Both the position numbers and the translations under genes were made by a program. Of a DNA stretch of 64,000 nucleotides, positions 20,141-29,439 are shown piece after piece; position 1 is the first letter of the stretch, and each line of letters opens with the position of its first letter. Where the stretch lies: the NCBI RefSeq assembly GCF_013149785.1, contig NZ_JABEZU010000001.1:1488001-1552000 (forward strand), in the 5' to 3' direction. The notes beneath the pieces were generated by a model. It did not search any database. It worked only from the letters and a program-made list of their open reading frames with translations, and had not been told where the DNA came from. This DNA is from Isoptericola halotolerans. GTDB taxonomy: Bacteria; Actinomycetota; Actinomycetes; Actinomycetales; Cellulomonadaceae.

Positions 20141-22026
20141 TCACCTCGCGGGGACGGGAGATCCCGGCGTCAGCCCGTGGCCGAACCGGAACAGCGGGTC
20201 CGCCGTGTCGAACGGGACGTCCTCGCGGGACGCCGCGACGGCGGCGGACGACCGGGGCAGGTCGAAGGGGAGCCTGCCCTCGGGGCGACCGCGCCGGTGA
20301 GGGCGTCGTGCAGGGCCGCGGTGGAGGCGCCGAAGTCCACCACCAGCGTGCCGCGCCCGCCGAGCGCGGAGACGAGCGGCGTGAGGATCGCAGGACGGTC
20401 GAGGTAGACGTCCACGACGGTCGGCACCGCGGCCGCGACCTCGGCGACGTGCTCGACCACCTCGGCGGGGAAGTCGAGCGAACCGGCGTGGAAGAAGCTC
20501 TCGAAACCGGGCCCGCGCTCCTCGAAGGGCGCCTTGAGGCGCAGCAGCGCCACGTCGGCCTCGGCGGGGCTCGGGACGAGGGTCGTCCCCGGCAGGGAGT
20601 CGAGGTCGGCCGCACCTTCGACGTAGACCCGCAGGCCCGGGGCGAGCGGCAGCGCCGCCGGCCCGGTGGTGGCGGTCGCCAGCACCGTCACCGACCGTGA
20701 CTGCGCGCGCCGGCCGGCGGCCACGACGTCGGGATGGCCGACGATCCGCTCGGCGGCGTCGACGTCGACGGTGCGGCCCTCGTCGAACAGGCCGAGCACG
20801 AACTTCTCGCGCAGCAGTCGTGCGACGGACTCATCGACCCGGGCCTCCTCGACCCGGCCGCTCCGGACGAGCTCGACGACGAGCTCCGGGCAGGCCTCCC
20901 CGCCGACCTGGTCGGCTCCCGCGTCGAGGATCCGGGCGAGCCGGTCGAGCGGGCTCAGGTGCTCGACGCCCCACGCGCGCGCGGGGAAGGGCCGACCGAG
21001 GATCTCGGCGTCGTCGACCAGTCCCCAGTCGGTGCAGACGACGCCGTCGAACCCGAGCTGCTCGCGCAGCATGCCGGTGACGACCTGGCGGTTGAAGCCG
21101 AACCCGACGGCCTCGATCGCCTCGCCGTCGACCACCAGGTCGACCGGCATGCCGTAGTAGGGCATCATCTGCCGGGTGCCGGCGGCCAGGAGCTCGGTGA
21201 AGGGTGCCAGGTGCTCGGCGAAGCGCCCGCCGGGGTACACCTGCTCGCGGCCGTACGCGAAGTGTGGGTCCTCGCCGTCGAGCTGCGGCCCGCCGCCGGG
21301 GAAGTGCTTCGTCATGGTGGACACGGACGCCGCGCCGAACTCGCCGGTGAGGCCCGCCTCGCGGGCGACCTCACCGCCGGCCTGGAGGCCGCGCACGTAG
21401 GCGGCGCCCAGGGTCCCGGTGAGGGCCGCGTCCTCCCCGAAGGTGCCGTTGGACCGTGCCCAGCGGGGCTCTGTCGCGAGGTCCACCTGCGGGTGCAGCG
21501 CGGTGCGGATCCCGACGGCGAGGTACTCACGCCGAGCGGTGTCGGCATGCTCCTCGACGAGGCGCTCGTCGCGCGTGGCGGCGAGCCCGAGGGTCTCGGG
21601 CCACTGGGAGAACGGGCCGGACAGCAGGGCCGTGCCGGGGTTGTCGGTGAACGCGTGACGCGGGTCGGACGACACGGTCACGGGGATCCCCAGCCGGGTG
21701 GAGGCGGCGAGGTCCTGGAGCCGGTTGTGCCAGGTGGCGAACTCCCGTGCGGTGGCCGGGGCGGCCAGCACGTTGAAGTGCGTCATGTGACGGTCGAGGA
21801 CCATGTCACCGGTACCGGGCACCCCCATCGCCGACGGGCCCTCGGCGAGCGTGCCGTCCGGGCCCACCTCGATCATGGTGTGGAAGAGCTGCCCGGCCTT
21901 CTCGGCGAGCGTCATGCGCGCCAGGAGGTCCGTGACGCGCTCGTCGACGGGTCGGGCGGCGTCCCGGTAGGGGGCGTCGTCGGGCACGCCGTCGAGGGCG
22001 GTGGGACCAAGGTCGGTGGACGTCAT
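20141..22026 (-). pseudogene. GH3 family beta-glucosidase with a 1-nt frameshift near the C-terminus (real lesion or assembly error)
   Basis: SSDPRH, HPQVDLATEPRWAR, KHFPGGG, VCTDWG; the expected tail EGRLPFDLPRS...DPLFRFGHGL is in another frame after the G4 run at 20282-20285; as assembled the ORF stops at 20170. Confidence 0.8.
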
Positions 22027-23294
22027 CAGCGGACTCCCTTGATGCGGTAGACGAGGATGGCGCCGGAGAGGGCCACGAGCGCCCCGAACAGGTACCAGGT
22101 GGTGTACCCGCCGATCCCGGCGGCGGAGCCGAGGCCGATGATCGCGGGTGCCATGGCGGGGGCGACGGACTGGGGGAGTGCGTTGGCCATGTTGAGCACG
22201 CCGAGGTCCTTGGCAGCGTCCTCGGGGTTCGGCAGCACCTGGGTGGCGAGGGCCTGGTCGACCGAGAGGAACGCGCCGGCACCGAGGCCGATGATGCCCT
22301 GGGCGACGACGAGCACGGGGATGGACGGCGCCAGGGCCAGGAGCAGCAGGCCGGCGACCATGACCAGGCCGGCGGCGGTGACGAACGGCTTGCGTCGGCC
22401 GATCCGGTCGGACAGCAGGCCACCGAGCGGGCTGGAGACCACCATCGCGACGGTGGAGACGAGGTTGGCCGTGAGGATGACGCCCGTGGCCTCCTGCTCC
22501 ACGAGGCCGAAGTCGGAGGTCAGGTAGTACGGCAGGTAGGTGGCGATGCCCGCGTAGCCGAACATGACGAGGAACTTGGTCAGCCAGGTCCAGCCGAAGT
22601 CCGGGTTGTGCCGGGGGTTGAACACGAAGGAGCCGAAGAACTCCTTGGCTCCGAACTTCTCGGTCGGGGGGACGGTGCGGACCTTGTCCTCCAGCACGAG
22701 GCAGAACGCGACGGCGAGGACGGCGGCCACGGCGGCCGGGATCGTGAAGCGCAGGACGTCGGAGGCGGTCGCGTTGGCCACGACCGATCCGGCAAGGATG
22801 GACAGCGGGGTGCCCACGCCGATGAGTCCGGAGACCTTGCCACGTCCGGCGGGCTCGACCTGGTCGTGCAGCGTCGCGACGACCGCCGACAGCGCGGCGT
22901 TGAGACCGGCCTGGGCGAGGCACCAGCCGGCGAGCACCACGGGCACCGAGGTGGTGAACCCGATGAGGACGAGCGCGGCCGCGCCGACGAGCGTGCCGCC
23001 GAGGACGAACGGGCGACGCTTGCCCCAGCGGGCGGTGGAACGGTCGGAGAGTCGTCCGAACAAGGGGTTCGCGAAGAGGGCGAAGGCCGCACCGGCACCG
23101 AGGACCAGGCCGAGGCTCGCCACGGCGTTCTCGGGGTCGATGCGCTGGATCTTGAACGCCATCGCCACCATCACGGGGGTGAACAGGGCGAAGTAGATGC
23201 CGAACGCGGCGGTGCTCACGCCGACGACGTAGCGCGTGCTCGTGCGTTCGACAGCACCGGTGGTGCTGCTCCGGGTGGTGGGCGACAGGCTCAT
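22026..23294 (-). CDS. MFS transporter (probable glycoside/sugar uptake)
   Basis: FGRLSDRSTARWGKRRP, LSDRIGRRK, AKDLGVLNMANALPQ; stop overlaps the GH3 start. Confidence 0.9.
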   Translation of the reverse strand: MSLSPTTRSSTTGAVERTSTRYVVGVSTAAFGIYFALFTPVMVAMAFKIQRIDPENAVASLGLVLGAGAAFALFANPLFGRLSDRSTARWGKRRPFVLGGTLVGAAALVLIGFTTSVPVVLAGWCLAQAGLNAALSAVVATLHDQVEPAGRGKVSGLIGVGTPLSILAGSVVANATASDVLRFTIPAAVAAVLAVAFCLVLEDKVRTVPPTEKFGAKEFFGSFVFNPRHNPDFGWTWLTKFLVMFGYAGIATYLPYYLTSDFGLVEQEATGVILTANLVSTVAMVVSSPLGGLLSDRIGRRKPFVTAAGLVMVAGLLLLALAPSIPVLVVAQGIIGLGAGAFLSVDQALATQVLPNPEDAAKDLGVLNMANALPQSVAPAMAPAIIGLGSAAGIGGYTTWYLFGALVALSGAILVYRIKGVR

Positions 23295-23342
23295 GGGGTC
23301 TCCGGTGAGGTGAGGCGCGCAGCTCTGCGCGACCGACCAATA

Positions 23343-23383
23343 CCTACCAGGTGGTAGGCGGTGAAAGGCTACCAAGTGGTAGG
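23343..23383. promoter_or_regulatory. Two palindromic TetR-type operators (CCTACCAGGTGGTAGG 23343-23358; GCTACCAAGTGGTAGG 23368-23383)
   Basis: CTACCA-N2-TGGTAG inverted repeats in the divergent MFS/tetR intergenic region. Confidence 0.75.
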
Positions 23384-23445
23384 CATCATGCCAACCCTGC
23401 ACGTCAGCGGTGACGGGCCCCGCCCGAGCGGGTGAGAATGGGGGT

Positions 23446-24081
23446 ATGACCGCCACGACCGCCGCCGCCGGGCGCGGCTACGCCAAGGGGCGCGCCAAGC
23501 GCGAGGAGATCGTCCAGGCCGCGATCGGCTTGTTCGCCGAGACCGGCTACCACGGCACCTCCCTGCGGGAGATCGCCGGGCGGGTGGGCATCTCCCACCC
23601 CGGGCTCCTGCACCACTTCCCGACCAAGGCCGCCCTGCTGGAGGCCGTGCTCGAGCACCGCGACGTCGTGGACCGCGCCGACTTCGAGGACGACCGCGAG
23701 CAGGGCCGATCGGTCCCGGAGTCGCTCGTCCGCCTGGTCCGGCGCAACGCCCTGCGCCGTCCCATCGTCGAGGTCTTCGCCGTCCTCGCGGCGGAGGCGA
23801 CGTCGCCCGACCATCCTGCGCACGAGTACTTCGTGCGGCGATACGCCGAAACGCTGGCGGACTCGAGGATCGACCTGGAGCGGGCCGCTGCCGAGGGACG
23901 GCTGCGGCCGGGGGTCGATCCCGCCGCCGCGGCGCGCGCGATCGTCGCGCTCATGGACGGCCTGCAGGTGCAGTGGCTGTACTCGCTGGACCACCCGAAG
24001 GAGGCGCGGGTCGACATGGCCGCCGACCTGGAGGCCTACCTGGCCACGGTCTACACGGACAGGGGTGACCTCCGGGCCTGA
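23446..24081 (+). CDS. TetR/AcrR family transcriptional regulator
   Basis: RGYAKGRAKREEI, GTSLREIA..VGISHPGLLHHFPTK HTH, ALMDGLQVQWL. Confidence 0.93.
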   Translation: MTATTAAAGRGYAKGRAKREEIVQAAIGLFAETGYHGTSLREIAGRVGISHPGLLHHFPTKAALLEAVLEHRDVVDRADFEDDREQGRSVPESLVRLVRRNALRRPIVEVFAVLAAEATSPDHPAHEYFVRRYAETLADSRIDLERAAAEGRLRPGVDPAAAARAIVALMDGLQVQWLYSLDHPKEARVDMAADLEAYLATVYTDRGDLRA

Positions 24082-24089
24082 CCGCGACG

Positions 24090-24130
24090 CACGACGGCCG
24101 CCGCCCCGGTCAGGGGCGGCGGCCGTCGTG
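24090..24130. terminator. Bidirectional terminator hairpin between convergent tetR and GH3
   Basis: Perfect 18-bp stem CACGACGGCCGCCGCCCC / GGGGCGGCGGCCGTCGTG with a 5-nt loop. Confidence 0.75.
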
Positions 24131-24152
24131 GGTGGCTGCGTGGGAGGGGTGG

Positions 24153-26453
24153 TCAGCGACCTGTGCTCGCCGCCTCGACCAGCCGTTCGAGCCCGGACCG
24201 GTCCAGGCCCGCCATGCCGAAGTCGGCGACGACGGCGAGCGGCATGTCCGTGGCCATCGCGAGCAGGCCGGGGTCGACCGGGTGCGCCGCCAGGGCCGCC
24301 TTGAGCTCGTCGCCCACGACCGGGTGGGCGAGGGCCTCGCCGAAGGTCGACAGCTCGTGCAGCGGGAGCGTCACGTCCTCGCCGTCGACCTGCACCCGTA
24401 CCTCACCCCGCAGGTCACGGGACGACGCCCCCACCGCGACGACGAACTCGCCGCCCTCGACCACCCAGCGACGCAGCACCGGATGCCAGTAGGACAGGTC
24501 GCGGGCGTCGAGGTCGAACGTCACGACCTCGCTCGCCCCCGGGGCCAGCTCGACCTTGGCGAACGCCCTGAGCTCGCGGACCGGGCGCTGCACCTGGGAC
24601 CGCGGGTCGCCGACGTACACCTGCACGACCTCGGCGCCGCTCCGGTCGCCCGTGTTGGTGATCCGGGCACGGACGCGGACGCCTGCCTGCGCACCGGAGC
24701 CCGTCACCTCGGCCGTGACGTCGTCGTGGGTGAAGGTCGTGTAGGACAGCCCGTGCCCGAAGGGGTAGGCGACCTCGGCGCGGCGAGCGTCGTACCAGCG
24801 GTAGCCCACCAGGACGCCCTCGCCGTAGCGGACGTGGCCCAGCTCGCCCGGGAAGTTGCCGAACGACGGGTTGTCCTCCAGGCGCAGCGGGATCGTCTCG
24901 GTGAGCTTCGCGGACGGGTTCACCGCACCGGTGAGCACGTCGACGACGCCCGAGCCGCCGGCCTGGCCGCCGAGCCATCCCACGACCAGCGACGCCACCT
25001 CGTCCTGCCACGGCGAGACGGACATGACCGACCCGCCGCTGAGCACCACGACGACGCGGCGGTTCGCCGCGGCGACGGCGCGCAGCAGGGCCACCTGGGC
25101 GGCGGGCAGGTCCATGTGCTCGCGGTCGTAGCCCTCGGACTCGTCGGCGGCGGGCAGGCCCAGGAACACCACGACGGTCCCGGCGTCGCGGGCGATGTCG
25201 ACGGCCTCGGCGACCAGCGCCTCGGCGGGGCGGTCGTCGGCCGGGCCCTCGGCCAGCGTGTATCCGGGGGCGAACGGGACTTCGCCGAGCGTGTCGCGCA
25301 GGCTCGACAGGGCGTCGTCGAGGCGGGTGGGGTTCACCTGCGAGGAGCCCGCGCCCTGGTAGCGGGGTGTGCGGGCGAGCTCGCCGACGACGGCGACGTC
25401 ACCGGCGAGGGGGAGCGACGGCGAGCCGTCGACGAGGTCGTTGCGCAGCAGCACGGTGCCGGCCGCGGCGGCCTCGCGGGCGAGGGCGTGGTGGGCGTCG
25501 ACGTCGACGGTGCGGGCGTCGGTGGGGGTCATGGCGGGCAGCGACCGGGCCACGAGGTGCAGGACGCGGCGCGCGGCCTGGTCGAGCACGGCCTCGTCGA
25601 GCTCGCCGGCGCGCACCGCCGCGACCACCTCGGCGTCGGTGCGCCCTCCGCTGGCGGGCATCTCGAGGTCGAGCCCGGCGGCGACGCCCGCGACACGCTC
25701 GCGCACGGCGCCCCAGTCGGACATGACCAGGCCCTCGAAGCCCCACTCGTCGCGCAGGACGGTGGTCAGGAGCCAGTCGTGCTGGGAGGCGTAGACACCG
25801 TTGACCTTGTTGTAGGCGCACATCACGGTCCATGGCTGGGCCTTGGTGACCACGCGCTCGAACGCGGGCAGGTAGATCTCCCGCAGGGTGCGCTCGTCGA
25901 CGTCCGCCGAGACGCGCATCCGGTCGGCCTCCTGGTTGTTGGCCGCGAAGTGCTTGAGGGACGTGCCGACCCCCTGGGACTGGATGCCCTGGACGAGCGC
26001 TGCCCCGAGCTCGCCGGCGACCACGGGGTCCTCGGAGACGTACTCGAAGTTCCGGCCGCACAGCGGGGACCGCTTGATGTTCACACCGGGTCCGAGCAGC
26101 ACCGCCACGTCGTGGGCGCGGGTCTCTCGGCCCAGCGCCTCGCCGACCCGGCGGAGCAGCCCGAGGTCCCAGCTCGAGCCCAGGGCGGTGGCGGTGGGGA
26201 AGCAGGTCGCGGGCACGCTGCCGCCGAGGCCGAGGTGGTCGGCGCTCGCCTCCTGCTTGCGCAGCCCGTGGGGGCCATCGGTGACCATGACGGGCGGGAC
26301 GACGACCGTGCCGTCGCGCTCGACGGCCTGGGTGTGCCAGAAGTCCTGCCCGGAGAGCAGGGAGGCCTTCTCCTCGAGGGTGAGGTCGGCGAGCACGCGC
26401 TCGACGTCGAGGGTGGAGGTGAGGGTCTGGGGGGTCTCCGGCAGGGCGGTCAT
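24153..26453 (-). CDS. GH3 family beta-glucosidase with Fn3-like domain
   Basis: TDGPHGLR, GPGVNIKRSPLCGRNFEYVSEDP, KHFAANNQE, VMSDWG, YPFGHGLSYT. Confidence 0.95.
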   Translation of the reverse strand: MTALPETPQTLTSTLDVERVLADLTLEEKASLLSGQDFWHTQAVERDGTVVVPPVMVTDGPHGLRKQEASADHLGLGGSVPATCFPTATALGSSWDLGLLRRVGEALGRETRAHDVAVLLGPGVNIKRSPLCGRNFEYVSEDPVVAGELGAALVQGIQSQGVGTSLKHFAANNQEADRMRVSADVDERTLREIYLPAFERVVTKAQPWTVMCAYNKVNGVYASQHDWLLTTVLRDEWGFEGLVMSDWGAVRERVAGVAAGLDLEMPASGGRTDAEVVAAVRAGELDEAVLDQAARRVLHLVARSLPAMTPTDARTVDVDAHHALAREAAAAGTVLLRNDLVDGSPSLPLAGDVAVVGELARTPRYQGAGSSQVNPTRLDDALSSLRDTLGEVPFAPGYTLAEGPADDRPAEALVAEAVDIARDAGTVVVFLGLPAADESEGYDREHMDLPAAQVALLRAVAAANRRVVVVLSGGSVMSVSPWQDEVASLVVGWLGGQAGGSGVVDVLTGAVNPSAKLTETIPLRLEDNPSFGNFPGELGHVRYGEGVLVGYRWYDARRAEVAYPFGHGLSYTTFTHDDVTAEVTGSGAQAGVRVRARITNTGDRSGAEVVQVYVGDPRSQVQRPVRELRAFAKVELAPGASEVVTFDLDARDLSYWHPVLRRWVVEGGEFVVAVGASSRDLRGEVRVQVDGEDVTLPLHELSTFGEALAHPVVGDELKAALAAHPVDPGLLAMATDMPLAVVADFGMAGLDRSGLERLVEAASTGR

Positions 26454-26503
26454 GGGTGCACTTCCTCGCGTCGGGATCTTTCGACGACGAGCCTAACTCA
26501 ATT

Positions 26504-26519
26504 TTTACCGGGTGGTAGG
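26504..26519. promoter_or_regulatory. Third copy of the TetR-type operator, upstream of the second GH3
   Basis: TTTACCGGGTGGTAGG in an AT-rich patch, just upstream of a minus-strand TAGGCT -10 (26490-26495). Confidence 0.65.
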
Positions 26520-26560
26520 TAATTGATGCGTCGTCCCGACGTGCGCCGGGTTCGCCGACG

Positions 26561-27067
26561 TCAGATCGCGGCGGACCAACGACGTTCGACGACGTCGCGC
26601 ACCCCGGTCGCGAGTGACCGCTCGGGGCCGTCCGGACCCAGCCCGGACGAGGACAGGAAGCGCTCGCGGCCCTCGTCGCCGTCGAGCACCCAGGTGACCA
26701 CGTCGGTGGCACCGTCGGTGCGCAGACGGTCCACGGCGGCGGCCAGCAGCCGCGAGCCGTGGCCGGCGAGCCGGTGCCCGGGCGAGACCTCGAGCGCCAT
26801 CACCTGACCGGGGGCGACCGCGGCGAACCCGACGACCTGCGGGCCGTCCAGGGCGACGAGCACCGCGAACCCCGGTCCGGGCGGGCGGTTGATCGCGTCG
26901 CTCCACCGTCGCTGCATGGCCTCCACGTCCAGGGCGTCGACGACGTCGCCGAGCGTCTCGACGTGGGTGGCGCGCCAGGCCTCGACCTGGACGCGGGTCA
27001 CGGCCTCCTCGTCGCCGGGGACGGCAGGACGGACGGAGACGTCGGCGGTCTCGCGGAACAGAGCCAT
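26561..27067 (-). CDS. GNAT family N-acetyltransferase
   Basis: VRPA, VVGFA, HRLAGHGSRLL acetyl-CoA-binding motif. Confidence 0.85.
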   Translation of the reverse strand: MALFRETADVSVRPAVPGDEEAVTRVQVEAWRATHVETLGDVVDALDVEAMQRRWSDAINRPPGPGFAVLVALDGPQVVGFAAVAPGQVMALEVSPGHRLAGHGSRLLAAAVDRLRTDGATDVVTWVLDGDEGRERFLSSSGLGPDGPERSLATGVRDVVERRWSAAI

Positions 27068-27076
27068 GACCACACC

Positions 27077-28303
27077 CTAGAGGGCGGTCCGGGACTCCTG
27101 GGGCGGCCGGACCTGGCCGGCGACCGACAGGCTCAGGACGACGGCGCCGCAGAGCACGAGCAGGGCGGAGCGCACCCCCACCTGGTCCGCGAGCAGGCCG
27201 AGCAACGGTGGTGCGGCGAGCATCGCCACCGTGGTGAACGACGTCGCGACCGCCACCCGCGGGGCTGCGTGGAGCGGGTCGTCGGAGGCGGCGGAGATCG
27301 CGACCGGGTTCGCCAGCGCAGCGCCGCAGCCCCACAGGACGATCCCGACCCAGGCCAGCACGAGCGACGGGCCCAGGCCGAACAGCAGCAGGCCGACCAG
27401 GGCGGCGGCACCGGAGGCGCGCAGGACGACGACGCGTCCCCACCGGTCGATCAGACCGGTCCCTGCCAGCCGGACGACGGTCATCGAGGTGACGAAGGTG
27501 CCGTAGGCCACGGCGCCGACGGCCTCGCGGGCGGCGAAGCCGTCGACGACGGCCAGGGACAGCCACGTCCCGGCGGAACCCTCCGACAGCGAGGCCGCCA
27601 GCAGCACCAGGCCGATGAGCAGGGTGCGAGGCTCGCGCCAGGCGCCGAGCGCGGCCCGGATCCCGCTGCGGGGAGTCCTCGACGCCGGCGCCGAGCCGTC
27701 GCCGAGCGCGGTCGCCGGGACGATGAGGAGCGCCCGGACCACGGTCACCACGGCGACCACGGAGGCGAGCTGGACGGCGACGTGCAGCCCTGACCACGCG
27801 AAGGCTGCTGCGACGAGAGCACCGAGCGCCGCCCCGATCGAGAACGCCGCGTGGAAGTGCGGCAGGACGGCCCTGCCGACCGCACGCTCCACCCCGGCGG
27901 CGCAGATGTTGATCGGGATGTTGGTCAGGGCGCCGCTCATGCCGTTGAGGCACGCCCCGACGGCGAAGAGCGCCACGTTGCCGGTGCTGGTCGCCGCCGC
28001 GAGGAGCCCGAAGCCGACGACGTTGCCCGTGGTGGCCGCCACGAGCGTGGTCCGGCTGCCGAACCGGGCCACGATCCCGCCGGTGACCAGGACCGCGACC
28101 AGGGTGCCGGCGCCCCCGACGACGAGGAGCGAGCCGAGCTGACCGGCGCTGAGCCCCAGCTCGGTGCGGATCGACGGCAGCCGACTCATCCAGGACGTCC
28201 CCAGCACGCCGAACAGGGCGAACTGGACCAGCAGGGACCAGCGGGCCGCCTCGACCGTCGCGCGGGCGCGCGCACCACCGGGCACGGCATCGGGGGAGGG
28301 CAT
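27077..28303 (-). CDS. MFS transporter
   Basis: SWMSRLPSIR, HAAFSIG, EGSAGTW, LIDRWGR; about 12 TM segments. Confidence 0.88.
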   Translation of the reverse strand: MPSPDAVPGGARARATVEAARWSLLVQFALFGVLGTSWMSRLPSIRTELGLSAGQLGSLLVVGGAGTLVAVLVTGGIVARFGSRTTLVAATTGNVVGFGLLAAATSTGNVALFAVGACLNGMSGALTNIPINICAAGVERAVGRAVLPHFHAAFSIGAALGALVAAAFAWSGLHVAVQLASVVAVVTVVRALLIVPATALGDGSAPASRTPRSGIRAALGAWREPRTLLIGLVLLAASLSEGSAGTWLSLAVVDGFAAREAVGAVAYGTFVTSMTVVRLAGTGLIDRWGRVVVLRASGAAALVGLLLFGLGPSLVLAWVGIVLWGCGAALANPVAISAASDDPLHAAPRVAVATSFTTVAMLAAPPLLGLLADQVGVRSALLVLCGAVVLSLSVAGQVRPPQESRTAL

Positions 28304-28360
28304 CGCCCCAGCGTAGGGGAGGCGAGCAGCCGGCGACGCGCCCGCTGCGGCGCGCGGAGC

Positions 28361-28681
28361 TCAGCCCCAGCCGAGGGCGCGCAGCGCGGCGGCCGAACCG
28401 GCCGCGAGCACCACCACCAGGATGAACGGCGCGCGCAGGGCCAGGGCGACGGCTGCGACCGCGAGAGCCGGGACGCGCGCGTCGACGACGACCGACGACC
28501 CGTCGGTGAAGGTCTGCACCACCACGAGCGACACGAGCAGCGCGACGGTCACGAGCGTCGACGTGCGCTGCACCCGTTCGGTGGCCAACCAGTGCTCGGG
28601 GACCAGGTGTCCCGCGAGCTTCAGGCCGAAGCTCGCGGCAGAGGCGACGAGCACGGTCACCCAGAGCACGGTGGTGGTCAC
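28361..28681 (-). CDS. azlD: AzlD family (branched-chain amino acid exporter) small subunit
   Basis: LKLAG, ALLVSLVVVQTF, LRAPF; GTG start overlaps the azlC stop. Confidence 0.85.
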   Translation of the reverse strand: MTTTVLWVTVLVASAASFGLKLAGHLVPEHWLATERVQRTSTLVTVALLVSLVVVQTFTDGSSVVVDARVPALAVAAVALALRAPFILVVVLAAGSAAALRALGWG

Positions 28682-29397
28682 GCTCCGCCTCCTGTGCGGA
28701 GGGAGGGACGCGCCGGCGGGGCGACGAGCCCGACGACGACGGCGACCGCCGCGGCCGCCAGCACCGGCACGCCCGCCGGGGTCACCGGGACCAGCGCGAG
28801 CGAGACGACGACGGCCAGCCCGGCGACGAGCTGGGCGGTGCGTGCGGCGAGCCGCGGCCACACCAGCGCGAGGAACGCAGCCCCCGCGGCGGCGTCCAGC
28901 CCCCAGGCGCGCGGGTCACCGAGCGCGTCTCCCGCCAGCGCGCCGACGAGGGTGAACACGTTCCACAGCACGAACACCCCGATGCCGGTGGCCCAGAACC
29001 CCGCGCGGACCGCGGCGGGGGTGCGTTGGCCCACGGCGACCGCCGTCGACTCGTCGATCGTGAGCTGCGCGGCGCCCAGCCGGCGCCACCCGGACAGCGA
29101 CAGCAGCGGGGAGACCACGGCGCCGTAGAGCATGTTGCGCGCCCCGAGCAGGGTCGACGTCGCCACGGCCGCGACCGGTGAACCACCCGCGGCGACGACG
29201 CCGATGAGGGCGAACTGCGACCCCCCGGAGAAGAGCAGCAGGCTCAGTGCCGCGGTCTGCGCCACGGACAGCCCGGCGACCACCGCCAGCGCGCCGAAGG
29301 AGATGCCGTACAGGCCGGTCGCCACGGCGACGCTCGCTCCTTGCCGGACGGCTGCCGAGACCTCGGGGGAGGCCCGTGCGAAGAACTGTCGTGTCAC
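28678..29397 (-). CDS. azlC: AzlC family permease
   Basis: YGISFGALA, FSGGSQFA, NMLYG, TIDESTA, GLDAA. Confidence 0.9.
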   Translation of the reverse strand: MTRQFFARASPEVSAAVRQGASVAVATGLYGISFGALAVVAGLSVAQTAALSLLLFSGGSQFALIGVVAAGGSPVAAVATSTLLGARNMLYGAVVSPLLSLSGWRRLGAAQLTIDESTAVAVGQRTPAAVRAGFWATGIGVFVLWNVFTLVGALAGDALGDPRAWGLDAAAGAAFLALVWPRLAARTAQLVAGLAVVVSLALVPVTPAGVPVLAAAAVAVVVGLVAPPARPSLRTGGGA

Positions 29398-29439
29398 GCC
29401 CTCAGGAGAACACGGCGGCGGGGACGTGCGGGGCCGGTC

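Noticed and set aside
22027..23340. 1056-aa ORF suggesting a long N-terminal extension on GH3
   Set aside because: The extension is an alternate frame of the MFS gene; the real start is the ATG at 22026, coupled to the MFS stop.
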